Under the pieces are notes generated by a model. It ran no database searches, was not told the origin of the DNA, and saw only the letters and a program-made list of their open reading frames with translations. Position numbers and translations under genes: made by a program. From an uncultured virus (IMG/VR IMGVR_UViG_2124908030_000007) (Duplodnaviria > Heunggongvirae > Uroviricota > Caudoviricetes), in the IMG/VR virus record IMGVR_UViG_2124908030_000007: a DNA stretch of 27,399 nucleotides, one strand, 5' to 3'. The stretch's first letter is position 1. Each line of letters starts with the position of its first letter. Positions 26,958 to 27,399 of the stretch are shown here, piece after piece.

Positions 26958-27122
26958 TTATTCGTTCGTCACTTTGCCGTGAATCACGCACACCGCTTCG
27001 CGCACGGGTGCATCGTCGTGGGGATCCGTATCGAGTTGTGGGTCGCGCTCGTGGATCCGAACGTGGGTCGAGCGGTCGCAGTGAGCATCGGGGCACGTCG
27101 CGGGCATGGTCTGAGTCACCAT
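26958..27122 (-). CDS. 54-aa CCCH Zn-finger microprotein (not in ORF track)
   Basis: MVTQTMPATCPDAHCDRST...VCVIHGKVTNE*, paralogue of 23255 and 23510. Confidence 0.75.
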   Translation of the reverse strand: MVTQTMPATCPDAHCDRSTHVRIHERDPQLDTDPHDDAPVREAVCVIHGKVTNE

Positions 27123-27203
27123 ACCCGATCAAGGAGAGGCATACGTATAAACCCATCGAAGTAGGTTAGACTTTGAACCATGGTGCAAGACCGATCGGCA
27201 AAT

Positions 27204-27246
27204 AAAAAAAAAGACAGCAACAGGATTCCGGTAATCCTATTGCTGT
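27204..27246 (-). terminator. Hairpin plus T-tract terminator
   Basis: ACAGCAA-C-AGGATT / AATCCT-A-TTGCTGT inverted repeat followed on the - strand by a long T run. Confidence 0.55.
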
Positions 27247-27398
27247 AATTGTGCGAGTATCTCAGCGTTCGCCACTTGAGCAGGACCGCTTAGATCGCTC
27301 ATGAGAACCGTGATACCGTCTTTTGATTGATCGAGGTGTTTACCACATACTGGCATCCAACCTCTCTCAGCGTGTTCTGACGGTTCTTTGTAAATCGT
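27237..27398 (-). CDS. 3' end of a gene running off the window
   Basis: Open frame ...GWMPVCGKHLD...EILAQLQQ* followed by terminator and palindrome 27172. Confidence 0.55.
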   Translation of the reverse strand, partial: TIYKEPSEHAERGWMPVCGKHLDQSKDGITVLMSDLSGPAQVANAEILAQLQQ

Positions 27399-27399
27399 T

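Larger units (their letters stand above)
8329..27189. repeat. Dispersed 18-bp palindrome TTTGAACCATGGTTCAAA delimiting a co-oriented gene-cassette array (41 visible copies)
   Basis: Starts at 8329, 9289*, 9887*, 11051, 12098, 12416, 12768*, 13332*, 13884, 14435, 15197, 15644, 15971*, 16222, 16657, 16985, 17353, 17662, 18113, 18632, 19593, 19961, 20576, 20949*, 21322, 21934, 22458, 22831, 23226, 23470, 23725*, 24122, 24434, 24767, 25172, 25508, 26022, 26333, 26648, 26909, 27172* (*=1-2 mismatches); another probably lies in gap 18963-19005. Confidence 0.97.

Noticed and set aside
8329..27189. CRISPR array interpretation of the 18-bp repeat
   Set aside because: Intervals are hundreds of bp, variable, and contain full promoter-gene-terminator units. 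No cas genes are visible and the repeat is shorter than CRISPR repeats.
8329..27189. Palindrome as a bacterial-type intrinsic terminator
   Set aside because: On the transcribed (-) strand the T-tract comes before the palindrome, and on the + strand it is followed by A's. Strict primary-sequence conservation points to protein recognition rather than a generic hairpin.
1..27399. Canonical integron (intI/attC), IS element or tRNA genes
   Set aside because: No tyrosine or serine recombinase or transposase motifs, no attC R-box (RYYYAAC...GTTRRRY) structure, and no cloverleaf with a T-loop consensus found by eye.

Overview
Most likely part of a large haloarchaeal tailed-virus (or provirus/plasmid) genome scaffold. 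The proteins are acidic, promoters are archaeal BRE-TATA type with mostly leaderless starts, and genes end in oligo-T terminators. There are three N gaps (4076-4095, 17568-17587, 18963-19005). The left arm (1-6020, + strand) is ordinary accessory cargo: a metallophosphoesterase, membrane/secreted proteins, a SprT-like protease, a phage Dam-type N6-adenine methyltransferase and Zn-ribbon proteins. At the strand switch (6009-6795) are four tandem promoter-like repeats driving short hairpin-containing segments, plus a ~270-nt highly paired non-coding block. An AAA+-like ATPase with a C-terminal HTH-like segment follows on the - strand. From ~8.2 kb to the window end is the main feature: a >19-kb co-oriented (- strand) array of small gene cassettes. 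It is punctuated by 41 visible copies of the 18-bp palindrome TTTGAACCATGGTTCAAA, nearly always placed between the previous gene's T-tract and ~20 nt upstream of the next TATA box. The array contains paralogue families, near-identical blocks with different cassette content, a Gp88-like protein, an HhH-GPD glycosylase-like protein and an ORF-less unit that folds into a possible double-pseudoknot RNA. No recombinase or cas gene is visible. Many ORF-track starts ('MVQS...') are artefacts of the ATG inside the palindrome and are corrected here.
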